Shown here: positions 31,761 through 42,543 of the stretch, one piece after another
Numbering within the stretch: position 1 is the first letter of the stretch
How the letters are laid out: every line of letters starts with the position of its first letter
Source of the DNA: an uncultured delta proteobacterium
GTDB lineage: Bacteria; Myxococcota_A; UBA9160; UBA4427
DNA length: 64,000 bases
Assembly (NCBI GenBank): GCA_963822965.1
Contig: CAWGJT010000012.1
Location: 475,992-539,991 of the forward strand
Reading direction: 5' to 3'
Notes under the pieces: generated by a model
Seen by the model: only the letters and a program-made list of their open reading frames with translations
Told to the model about the DNA's origin: nothing
Databases searched by the model: none
Made by a program: the position numbers and the translations under genes

Positions 31761-32986
31761 CTCGGTACGCTCGGGGTGGTCCGCGCCAGGGCCAGGCGTA
31801 GCACGGCGACCACCCCGCAGACGGCCACGCCGAGCAGGCTCAGGGTTACGCGCTCGCCGAGGACGTCGCCCAGCAGCCCCACCGGCAGCCCCATCAGACC
31901 GAAGCCGCCGAATGCCATCATGACGAGCGACATCACGCGACCCGCGTAGAAGGGCTCGGTCTCGCGGATCACCACGGCGCCCGAGAGGGTCTGGAAGGCG
32001 CCGGTGGTCGCGCCGATCAGCAGCATGGCCGCGATGGCCGCCTCGAAGGTCGGCACCCAGGCCAGCACCAGCAGCGAGAGGCCGAAGCCCACCCCCATGG
32101 CGACGAAGATCGAGACCGCTGCCGGCGAGTCCGCAAGGCGCGCGACCCACAGGCTCGAGGCGAGGGCCGCCAGCGCCGACAGGCCGAAGAGCAGGCTGAT
32201 CGACTCCGCCGGGTGTCCCAGCTGATTCTCCACGAGGCCGGGCAGCAGGGTGATGTGCGGCATGCCGAGCATCACCACCCCCATGAAGAGCAGCACCAGC
32301 ACCCGCAGCCGCGGCTGGTCGCGCACGTAGCGCAGGCCGGCGGTCACGTCCTGCAGGACGCGCGTCTCGTGGGCGTTCGCGCGCACCGGCGAAGACGGAA
32401 GCTGCAGCACCGTCACGACGGCGAGGCTGTAGAGTCCTCCCATCGTCAGGTAGGCGCCCGTGGCGCCGGTGACGCTCCAGGCGAGCAGCACCCCGGCGAT
32501 CGCCGGGCCCAGGGCCCGCGACGCGTTGTTCGCCACCTGCGAGAGGGCGATGGCGTTGCCGCGCCGGGACGGCTGGACCAGCTCCACCACGAAGGCCTGC
32601 CGGGTGGGCCCCAGGAACGCGAAGGTGGCGCCCATCACGAACGAGCCCGCCGCCAGGAATGCGACCTGGATTCGGTGGGTGGCCATCAGGAAGGCCAGCG
32701 CCAGGAAGACCGTGGTCGTGACGAGCTGACAGCTGGCGATCACCCGCCGCTTCGGCAGGCGATCGGCCAGCGCCCCGCCGAGCGGGCCGAGAGAGAACAT
32801 CGCGAGGCCCTGGCCGAAGACCACGAAGCCCACGGCCGAGTTGTTGCCGGTGAGCCCGAAGGCGACAACGCTCTGGACCACCGTCGACATGAAGAAGGCC
32901 ATGAACGCGAGGAACGTTCCCAGCCACAGCACCCGGAAGTTGCGCTCGGAGAGGGCCGCGAACGTCTGCTGCAGCCAGGTCTTCAT
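31739..32986 (-). CDS. MFS transporter
   Basis: About 12 hydrophobic segments; RNFRVLWLG; GGALADRLPKRR. Confidence 0.9.
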   Translation of the reverse strand: MKTWLQQTFAALSERNFRVLWLGTFLAFMAFFMSTVVQSVVAFGLTGNNSAVGFVVFGQGLAMFSLGPLGGALADRLPKRRVIASCQLVTTTVFLALAFLMATHRIQVAFLAAGSFVMGATFAFLGPTRQAFVVELVQPSRRGNAIALSQVANNASRALGPAIAGVLLAWSVTGATGAYLTMGGLYSLAVVTVLQLPSSPVRANAHETRVLQDVTAGLRYVRDQPRLRVLVLLFMGVVMLGMPHITLLPGLVENQLGHPAESISLLFGLSALAALASSLWVARLADSPAAVSIFVAMGVGFGLSLLVLAWVPTFEAAIAAMLLIGATTGAFQTLSGAVVIRETEPFYAGRVMSLVMMAFGGFGLMGLPVGLLGDVLGERVTLSLLGVAVCGVVAVLRLALARTTPSVPSEAPGGL

Positions 32987-33067
32987 CGAAGGGAACCCCG
33001 GAACGACGGTCGCGCGGTGGAGACGGTGGAGGGCGCAGGAAGCGAATCGCGCGGGCCGCCTTCGAGC

Positions 33068-33848
33068 CTATCGCCCCTTCCAGGCGGGCTTCCGCTTCTC
33101 CGCGAAGGCGCGGGGTCCCTCGACGAAGTCCTCGCTCTTGATCATCGCGTGGATGCCCTCGTAGCGCACCGCCATGGCCTCCTCGATGGTGCCGTGGGCG
33201 AGGCCCTGCATGGCGGCCTGCTTGGTGGCCCGCACCGAGAGCGGCGCGCACTCGCAGATCTGCTCCGCCCAGCGCCGCGCCGTGGCCATCAGCTCGGCGG
33301 CGGGCACCACCTCGTTGACGAAGCCCAGAGCGTGGCCCTCTTCGGCGGAGACCCGGCGTCCGGTCAGCATCATGCCCATGGCGTGCTTCAGCGGAATCTG
33401 TCGCGGCAGGCGATGGATGCCGCCGGCCAGGGCCGCCAGGCCGACGCGCGGCTCGGGCAGCGCGAACTTCGCGTCCTCGGAGGCGATGATGAGGTCGCAG
33501 GCCAGCGCGATCTCGAAGCCCCCGCCCATGGCCACGCCGTTCACCGCGGCGATCACCGGCTTGTCGCAGTCGTAGCGGGCGGTGAGGCCCGCCGAAGCCG
33601 CGGGGCGGCACCGTCACCCCGCCCTTCATCTTGCCCTCGGCCTGGTACTTGAGGTCGTTGCCCGCGCAGAAGCCTCGACCCGCGCCGGTGATGATCGCGA
33701 CCCACAGCTCGGGATCTGCGGCGAACTCGTCGAAGACCTCGCCCAGCTCCGCGTTGGCCGGCGGATGCAGGGCGTTCAGCAGCTCGGGACGATTCAGGGT
33801 GACGGTCAGGATGCGCCCATCGCGGTCGACCTGGCAGTACTCGGGCAT
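33068..33848 (-). CDS. Enoyl-CoA hydratase/carnitinyl-CoA dehydratase family; one +1 frameshift near 33587
   Basis: FCAGNDLK; KPVIAAVNGVAMGGGFEIALACD; LPEPRVG; EGPRAFAEKR. Confidence 0.9.
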
Positions 33849-33909
33849 GGGGGGCTCCTCTTCTCGGGTGTCGCCGGTGTCCCGGACGGCTTCGAAGGAA
33901 GTGCGCGGT

Positions 33910-34974
<1,065 letters not shown>

Positions 34975-35030
34975 GACTCGCTTCCTCCCCGCAGGCTCGC
35001 GGGGGGACCCAGCTTAGCCCGACGAGGCGC

Positions 35031-35297
35031 TCAGTCGTAGCGCCGCCAGTACAGCGCGCTCTTGTAGGCCGACCAGACGCAGACGGCGTGGACGAGGAAG
35101 CCGGGCAGGAGCACCGCCGAGTACGCGAAGCAGGTGCCCAGGAACCAGAGCGCGCCGGCGAGCAGCCGGCCTGCGTACAGCTGCCCCAGGCCGGGGATCA
35201 GCACCGACAGCACCGCCGCGATGCCCGGGCTCGGCGCGCGCTGAACGCCGTAGCCCCCGTACTCTCGCTCCATCTCGTACTCGTACCCCATGGGCAT
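35031..35297 (-). CDS. Small membrane protein (TM2-like)
   Basis: GAGGAG RBS; SPGIAAVLSVLIPGLGQLYAG motif plus hydrophobic helices. Confidence 0.75.
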   Translation of the reverse strand: MPMGYEYEMEREYGGYGVQRAPSPGIAAVLSVLIPGLGQLYAGRLLAGALWFLGTCFAYSAVLLPGFLVHAVCVWSAYKSALYWRRYD

Positions 35298-35412
35298 TCT
35301 CCTCTCGTGGCTCGCTTGGTCGCTCGCTTGGCCGTAGCTCGCGTGGCGCATGGCCGTCGTCCTCGTCCCCTCTCGCGTACCCGGCCCCGCGCCCCGATCT
35401 CCTCCGACTCCT

Positions 35413-35460
35413 CTCCGACCTGTCCTCCGACCTGTCCTCCCACCTGTCTTCCCACCTGCA
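35413..35460. repeat. Degenerate 12-bp tandem repeat x4 (CTCCGACCTGTC)
   Basis: Read directly in the divergent intergenic region. Confidence 0.8.
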
Positions 35461-35666
35461 GAGCAAGCAGCGTGCCGGGCGTGGCGCCCGCGAGACCGGC
35501 CTGGGCGGGGGTCCCGGAGCGGGCGCTCCGCAAGCCCGCCACGGCAGTGCAGCAATCGGGCTGCATCGCGGGCCTCGATCCCCCGCGGGACGGTCGTCGT
35601 CCGCTTTGCGGCTGGGGAAGGCGTCGGCGACACTCGCGCTCCCCCTGGAAAGGCCCGCCGACCCCG

Positions 35667-38600
35667 ATGCAGAGCCGCCTGCCCCACGACGTCCCGGGAG
35701 CCTCCCGACCGGCGCGATCTGCGCTTCTCGCGCTGCTCGCCGGGTCGCTGCTGCTGGCATGCGCGGGCGGACCGGCCCGGCAGGCCCCGCCCGCCCCCGC
35801 GCCGGAGGCCGAGCCGGCCGCCATCCTGGGCCCGCCCCGGCAGCTCACCTTCGAGGGACGCCGCAGCGGCGAGGGCTACTTCAGCCAGGACGGCTCGATG
35901 CTGGTGTTCCAGAGCGAGCGCGAGGCCGGCAACCCCTTCTACCAGATCTACCTGATGGACCTGGAGACGGGCCGGGTCGAGCGGGCGTCGCCGGGGCGGG
36001 GCAAGACCACCTGCGGCTGGATCCATCCGAGCGGCACGCGACTGCTCTTCTCGTCCACCCACCTCGACCCCGAGAGCGCGCGCCTCCAGGCCGAGGAGCT
36101 CGCGCGCCGGGCCCACGGCGAGGAGCGGCGTTACGCGTGGGACTACGACCCGCACTACGACATCTTCAGCGTGCGCGTGCCCCTGGGACACGACACCCCG
36201 GTGCAGCTCACCGCCACGCCCGGCTACGACGCGGAAGCCTCCTGGTCGCCCGACGGGCGCACGATCGTGTTCTCCTCGAACCGCCACATCTACGCCCCGG
36301 ACGGGGGCTTCGCGGCAGACCTCTCCTCCGAGGACCGCGCCGCCGCCGCCCTCGACCCTTCGCGCTTCGTCGACATCTACACCATGGATGCGCGCGGCGG
36401 CTCGGTGCGGCGGCTGACCGAGACACGGGGCTACGACGGGGGTCCCTTCTTCAGCCCGGACGGAAAGCGCATCGTGTTCCGCCGCTTCGACGAGGACGGC
36501 GGCGCACGCCGAGATCTTCACCATGAAGACCGACGGCAGCGACGTGAAGCAGCTGACCCATCTCGGCGCTATGTCCTGGGCGCCCTTCTATCACCCGTCG
36601 GGCGACTACGTGATCTTCTCCACGAACCTCCAGGGGTTCGAGAACTTCGAGCTCTACATCGTCGACGCGGAGGGCGCAGTCGCCGCCGGTTCGCGTGACC
36701 CAGCAGGACGGCTTCGACGGCCTGCCGGTGTTCGCGCCCGACGGCGATTCGCTGGTCTACACCCGCAAGCCGCCCCACGGCGATTCGCAGCTCTACCGCG
36801 CCAGCTGGAACGACGAGCTGGCGCGCCGCCGGCTGGGGCTCGCGTCCCAGAGCTTCCACGACGTGGGGCCGCTGCTTCCCGTCCCGTCCCGGCTCTCGAG
36901 CGAGATCCAGCCGCGCGAGCTGCGCGCCTTCGTCGACGCGCTCGCCTCCGACGCCGCCGACGGCCGGCTCGCGGGCACGCCGGGCGAGCGCATCGCGACG
37001 AGCTACGTGGCGCGGGTGTTCCGGGCGCTCGGGCTCGAGCCCGCCGGCGACGGCGGCACCTACTTCCAGGAGTTCGGCTTCACGGCCGGGGTCTCCCTGG
37101 GTCCCAGCAACCACCTGCAGGCGCAGATCGACGGGGAGGCCACCGCGCGCGACCTGGTCCTCGACCGTGACTGGCGGCCTCTCACGTTCTCGCGGGTGGG
37201 CGAGGTCGAGAGCGCCGAGGTGGTCTTCGCGGGCTACGGCCTCGTGGCGCCGGCGGGCGACGGCAGCCCGGCCGTCGACGACTACGCCGACCTGGACGTC
37301 TCGAACCGCTGGGTGATGGCGCTCCGCTACCTGCCCGAGGGACTCGACGAGGCGGCGCGGCGGCGACTGAACCGTCACAGCAGCCTTCGCTACAAGGCGA
37401 TGGTGGCCCGGGACCGGGGCGCCCGCGGCATCCTCTTCGCGAGCGGGCCGCACTCGAAGGTGCGCGAGCAGCTCGTGGGGCTGCGCTTCGACGCCACCCA
37501 GTCGGGCACGAGCATCGCCGTGGCGAGCCTGAGCGACGACGCGGCGGACGCACTGATCCGCGCGGGCTCGCCCCACGACCTCGCCGACCTGCAGGCCGCC
37601 CTCGACCGCGGCATCGAGATGCCCGGATTCGTGCTCGAAGGGGTCCGCCTGGAAGGACGCATCGACATCCAGCAGCAGCGCAAGAAGGGACGCAACGTGC
37701 TGGCGCGCCTGCCCGCGGTCGCGAGCTCCGCGCCCGCCGGCGAGGACGTCCCGGCGAAGCCCGTCGTCCTGGTGGGCGCCCACGTGGACCACCTGGGCCA
37801 CGGCGAGGCCGCGAGCTCCCTGGCCCGCGAAGACGAACGCGGCCGCATCCACCCCGGCGCCGACGACAACGCGTCGGGGGTGGCCGCGCTGCTCGAGGCG
37901 GCGGGCTACCTGGCGAGCCAGCAGGCCGAAGGACGCCTGGCGAACGAGCGCGACATCGTCTTCGCCGCCTGGTCGGGCGAGGAGCTGGGACTGCTGGGCT
38001 CCGAGGCCTGGGCGGATCGGGAGCTGGCCGCCGTGGAGAAGGGCGCCCGGGGGCCCGACCATGGCGGAGATTCACACGGCACCCCCGACCTCTCCTCCCG
38101 GGTGGCCGCCTACCTCAACATGGACATGGTGGGACGCCTGCGCGAGCACGTCTCGCTGCTGGGAATCGACTCGAGCCCGGTGTGGCGCAGCGAGATCGAG
38201 CAGCGGAACGTCCCCATCGACCTGCCCGTGGCGGCGATCGACGACAGCTATCTCCCGACCGACGCCACCACCTTCTACCTGAAGCGGGTGCCGATCCTCT
38301 CGGCCTTCACGGGCTCGCACGAGGAGTACCACACCCCCCGCGACCGTCCCGAGCTGCTCGACTACGAGGGCATGGCCGACATCGCGCTTCTCGTCGCGAA
38401 CATCGCCGCCGATCTCGCCTCGGACGAGCAGGCGCCCGTGTACGTGGCGACCGCCGCGCCGGCCCACGGCATGCCGCGCGCCGGCCTGCGCGTCTACCTC
38501 GGAACGATCCCCGACTACACGAACGGCGACGACCGTCCCGGCCTCAAGCTCTCGGGGGTGGCGGCCGGCGGTCCGGCCGCGGAGGCCGGCCTGCAGGCGG

Positions 38601-38758
38601 GCGATCTCGTGATCGAGGTCGACGGCCACAAGGTCGAGAACATCTACGACTACACGTACGCGCTCGACCTGCTGAAGGTGGGGGAGCCCGTGGAGATCGT
38701 CGTGCTGCGCGGTGACGCGCGCACCACGGTCCGGCTGACGCCGGCCTCCCGGGACTGA
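35667..38758 (+). CDS. Lipoprotein: TolB-like PD40 propeller + PA + M28 peptidase + PDZ; frameshifts near 36502 and 36685
   Basis: LLLAC lipobox; GEGYFS, YDAEASWSPDG repeats; GAHVDH, GADDNASG, GEELG, NMDMVG, YHTP.D; YLGTIPDY PDZ. Confidence 0.88.
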
Positions 38759-38762
38759 CGCG

Positions 38763-39611
38763 ATGAGCCTCGACGCCGACCTGCGCGGAGCGAGCCTGGC
38801 ACGGCGCCGCTTCGCCGAGATCGCCACCACCCCGGACGTCCGCATCGACCTCGGCGAGGCCGCGCTCTGGATCGCCGCCGAGAGCTGTCCCGACCTCGAC
38901 GTGGCCGCGTACCTGGCGCGACTCGACCGGCTGGCAGAGGCCATCCACCCCGCGCTGGCCGGCGCCGAAGGCGTGGCGGCCCGGGTGGAGCGACTCAACC
39001 GCGAGCTCTTCGGCGTCCACGGCTTCCACGGCAATCGCGACCAGTACTACGACCCGCGCAACAGCTTCCTGAACGAGGTGCTCGACCGGAAGACCGGCAT
39101 CCCCATCTCGCTCTGCGTGGTCTACGTCGAGGTGGCGCGGCGCGTCGGCCTCGACGCGGCGGGTATCAACTTCCCGGGCCACTTCCTGGCGCGCGTCGGC
39201 AGCGAGCCCATCGTGGTCGACGCCTTCGAGGGACGGGTGGCCTCGCACCGGGAGTGCGAGACGCGCCTGCGCGCGAGCGTCGGTGCCGACGCCGAGCTCA
39301 CCGCCGAGCACCTCGCGCCCGCGAGCCACAAGCAGATCCTGCTCCGCATGCTGTCCAACCTGAAGGCGATCCATGCGGGTCGAAGGGACTTCGAGGCCGC
39401 CCTGGGCTGCTGCGACCGGGCGCTGCTGCTGGTGCCCGGCTCGCCCATCGAGCTGCGCGACCGCGGCCTCTTCTACCACCAGCTCGCCTGCACGCGCCTC
39501 GCGCTCGACGATCTCGAGCGCTACCTCGAGCTCGATCCCGAGGGCGAAGGCAACGAGGCGATCCGCAAGCTCGTCGGCCAGCTCCACGGCCAGATCCCGC
39601 GTATCCACTGA
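38763..39611 (+). CDS. SirB1 family (transglutaminase-like + TPR) protein
   Basis: YYDPRNSFLNEVLDRKTGIPISL; FPGHFL; RMLSNLK; RDRG. Confidence 0.9.
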   Translation: MSLDADLRGASLARRRFAEIATTPDVRIDLGEAALWIAAESCPDLDVAAYLARLDRLAEAIHPALAGAEGVAARVERLNRELFGVHGFHGNRDQYYDPRNSFLNEVLDRKTGIPISLCVVYVEVARRVGLDAAGINFPGHFLARVGSEPIVVDAFEGRVASHRECETRLRASVGADAELTAEHLAPASHKQILLRMLSNLKAIHAGRRDFEAALGCCDRALLLVPGSPIELRDRGLFYHQLACTRLALDDLERYLELDPEGEGNEAIRKLVGQLHGQIPRIH

Positions 39612-39612
39612 G

Positions 39613-40350
39613 GTGGAGACCGACGAGCTGCAACGCCAGGTCGACGCCATCCACTGGCATCACGCCATCGACCTCGGGCGCGGCATCGTGACCCCCGCGC
39701 CGCCGGGCTCGGCCGCCAGGCAGCGCGCCCTGCCCTGGCCCGACTGCCGCGACCGGACCGTGCTCGACGTGGGCGCCTGGGACGGCTGGTTCTCGTTCGA
39801 GGCCGAGCGGCGCGGCGCCGCCCGGGTGCTGGCGACGGACTCCTGGTGCTGGAACGGTCCCGGCCGCGGCAGTGACGCGGGCTTCCGCCTGGCGCACCAG
39901 GTGCTGGCCTCGAAGGTCGAGGCCCTCGAGATCGACGTCTTCGACCTGTCCCCGGAGCGCGTCGGCGTCTTCGACGTGGTGCTCTTCCTCGGCGTGCTCT
40001 ACCACCTGCGCGACGCGAAGACGGCGCTCGCCCGGGTGGCGAGCGTGACCGGCGAGGTGCTCGTCGTGGAGACCGCCGTCGACCACATCGACCGCCGCGA
40101 GCCGTCGGTCGCCTTCTACCCGAACGACGAGCTGGAAGGAGACTCCACCAACTGGTTCGCCCCGAACCCGGCGGCCCTGCTCGCCCTGCTGCGCGAGGCG
40201 GGGTTCGACCGCTTCGCGCTCCGCTGGGGGCCCCGCTCCCTGCCCGGGCGTCTGCGTCGGGGCATGGTGCGCGCCGGTCTCCTCCCGGGCGTCTTTGGCG
40301 CCCACGCCCGACGCGACCGCGTGACGGTGCTGGCGCGCCGAACGACCTGA
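39613..40350 (+). CDS. SAM-dependent methyltransferase (DUF1698/CmoB-like)
   Basis: WHHAIDLG; VLDVGAWDG; FDVVLFLGVLYH; TNWFAPN. Confidence 0.82.
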   Translation: METDELQRQVDAIHWHHAIDLGRGIVTPAPPGSAARQRALPWPDCRDRTVLDVGAWDGWFSFEAERRGAARVLATDSWCWNGPGRGSDAGFRLAHQVLASKVEALEIDVFDLSPERVGVFDVVLFLGVLYHLRDAKTALARVASVTGEVLVVETAVDHIDRREPSVAFYPNDELEGDSTNWFAPNPAALLALLREAGFDRFALRWGPRSLPGRLRRGMVRAGLLPGVFGAHARRDRVTVLARRTT

Positions 40351-40377
40351 GCCCATGAAGGGCTCTTCGGCACCCCG

Positions 40378-41100
40378 CTAGGCGGCGACCCCGACTCCCT
40401 CGCCGACGATGGTGCTGCGGTCGATCTCGAAGCGGCTGCGCAGCTCCTCGATGGGCACGTTCCAGAGCTCGTCCCAGTGGACGCCGAAGAGGGGCTGAGT
40501 TCGCTGGCCGCTCTGATAGCCGGCGCTGAAGGCGCCGAACACCGCGCCAAGATCGGCCCGGCGCCGGACGACGTTCAGGAGGACCAGCGCGACCATGTAG
40601 CCGAAGAAGGCCGGGTTGCCGAGCTGTGCCGCGTAGAAGGCGCCGAGCCCGACCTCACCCGGCAGGTCGTTGCCCCATCCCGTGACGACGTGCCAGACGT
40701 CGTGGGTCTGGTACATGTGATTCAGGATCCAGCCAATCTCGTCGCTCGGCGGGACGTGGACGAGATTCGGGTCGATCTCGCGCGAGCGGCAGTGGTCCGC
40801 GAAGACACGCCCCAGTGTTCCCGGCGGGAGCGTTTCGAGCTGCTCGAGCCGGATCGGACCGAAGGGCCTGCGCGCCTGGAGGGCCGCCGCGGTACGGGGG
40901 TCGCGACGCAGATGGTCCGCGGTCTCCTGCCAGCGGGCGAAGCGACGACCGAGCTTCGACCTCGCGAAGCCGATTTCGACGATGGCTGCCTCGGGCGTCG
41001 TGGTCTCGGGATCCCTCAGCACGAGCCGCCACACAGCCCTGAGGTAGCGCAGGGGATTTCGGGTGGGCTCTGCGGTGTAGCGGTACGGAGTCGCGGCCAT
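40378..41100 (-). CDS. Coq4 family protein
   Basis: LPPGTLG; HDVWHVVTG...GE metal-binding motif. Confidence 0.82.
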   Translation of the reverse strand: MAATPYRYTAEPTRNPLRYLRAVWRLVLRDPETTTPEAAIVEIGFARSKLGRRFARWQETADHLRRDPRTAAALQARRPFGPIRLEQLETLPPGTLGRVFADHCRSREIDPNLVHVPPSDEIGWILNHMYQTHDVWHVVTGWGNDLPGEVGLGAFYAAQLGNPAFFGYMVALVLLNVVRRRADLGAVFGAFSAGYQSGQRTQPLFGVHWDELWNVPIEELRSRFEIDRSTIVGEGVGVAA

Positions 41101-41165
41101 CGGCTCTCCCTTCGTCTTCCCCGGCGTTGCCGGGTCGGGTGCGTGCTTCCTCGGGACCCGCTAAA

Positions 41166-41195
41166 AGTTGAAGGATTACTCGGTTCTTTTCAACT
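41166..41195. promoter_or_regulatory. Inverted repeat, putative TetR operator between divergent coq4-like and tetR genes
   Basis: AGTTGAA-N16-TTCAACT in an AT-rich patch. Confidence 0.5.
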
Positions 41196-41218
41196 CGGGT
41201 TTCCGGAGGCCCCGACGC

Positions 41219-41908
41219 ATGCCCAGGAAGCGCCCCAACCCGCCGCGGCGAAAGGCGAAGCAGGCGCGCTCCCGGAAGACCGTGGACGCCCTGCTCGAAG
41301 CTTCGGCTCGGGTTCTCCAGCGGCGGGGCTACGCGGCCGCCACGACCAACCGCATCGCCGAGGCGGCCGGCGTGAGCGTCGGCACGCTCTACGAGTACTT
41401 CGCCGACAAGGAGGCCGTCTTCGACGCCCTGATCCAACGGCAGATCGAGGCGATCGTCACCGCGATCCGAAGCGACGCCATCGAGCCAGACGCACCGCTC
41501 GCCGTCACCCTCGAACGGATCCTCCGGCTGGCGATGGGCGCCCTCGGTCGCGGCCCCGGCTTCCTGCGGGCGCTCGAGGAGGTGCCCGGGTCGACCTTTC
41601 GACGCCGGCTGATCGCGGCCCGGAAGCAGGTGATCGAGTTCGTCCGGCAGCTGCTCGAGGCACGCTGCCGGGAGCTGCGGGTCGAAGACCTCGACCTGGC
41701 CGCGTTCATCGTCGTGAGCACCGCCGAGGGCATCGCTTCGAATGCCAGCGACGAGCAGTTCGGCGAGCCGCTGGCCCGGGAGGTGACCTCGCTCCTGAAT
41801 CTCTACCTCACGGGCGAAGCGGTCGACGCAGCCACCGCCGGCCCGCGCGCCAACCGTCCGGGTCCCCGCTCGCAGTCGCGGGGACACCCGCTAAGCTCCC
41901 GGCCATGA
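41219..41908 (+). CDS. TetR/AcrR family regulator
   Basis: QARSRKTVDALLEA...TTNRIAEAAGVSVGTLYEYFADK. Confidence 0.92.
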   Translation: MPRKRPNPPRRKAKQARSRKTVDALLEASARVLQRRGYAAATTNRIAEAAGVSVGTLYEYFADKEAVFDALIQRQIEAIVTAIRSDAIEPDAPLAVTLERILRLAMGALGRGPGFLRALEEVPGSTFRRRLIAARKQVIEFVRQLLEARCRELRVEDLDLAAFIVVSTAEGIASNASDEQFGEPLAREVTSLLNLYLTGEAVDAATAGPRANRPGPRSQSRGHPLSSRP

Positions 41909-42530
41909 CGGCCAAGAAGAAGTCGAGCAAGGCGCCGGCCTCGAAGTCCGGGGCCTCGAAGTCGAAGCCGAAGAGCGCGTCGAAGTCGGCCCCGGCGAAG
42001 AAGAAGGCCGCCGCCAGCAAGCCCGTCGCGAAGAAGGCCCCGGCGAAGAAGACGGCTTCGAAGAAGGCCACCCCGAAGAAGGCCACCCGAAGGCCACCCC
42101 GAAGAAGGCCACCCCGAAGAAGGCCGCCACGAAGAAGGCCGCCCCGAAGAAGCCCCCGGCGAAGAAGACGGCCGCGAAGAAGGCCACGGCTGCGGCCGCC
42201 GAGACGAAGCCGGCTCTGGCCGCCCAGACGAAGCTCGCTCCGGGCGCCCAGACGCAGTCCACTCCGGCCGCCGCCGAGAAGAAGTCCGGAGGGGCCGGTC
42301 GCTCGGGTCCCTCCTCGCTCGACGTCAACATGGGTCAAGTCTTCGCGCTGCGACCCCGGGTGGCCACGTCGTTCCGGCCCGACGACTTCCGGGCCGCGCG
42401 TCAGGAGCTCGCCGAAGAGTCCTACGAAGACCTGGACGCCGCCGCGCGCGCCGTGGCCGAGCGGGCCCTCGAGCTCACCCACGGCGCCGCCTCCCCGGGA
42501 CGCAAGGGACGGAACACGCGCCGCTGGTAG
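41905..42530 (+). CDS. Histone H1-like Lys/Ala/Pro-rich protein with small C-terminal domain; frameshift in the repeat tract near 42088
   Basis: ATGA overlap with tetR; MTAKKKSSK...KKAPAKK, KKATP repeats; second frame continues KKAATKKAAPKK into ORF 42330..42530. Confidence 0.75.
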
Positions 42531-42543
42531 CCCGGCCGCGTCG

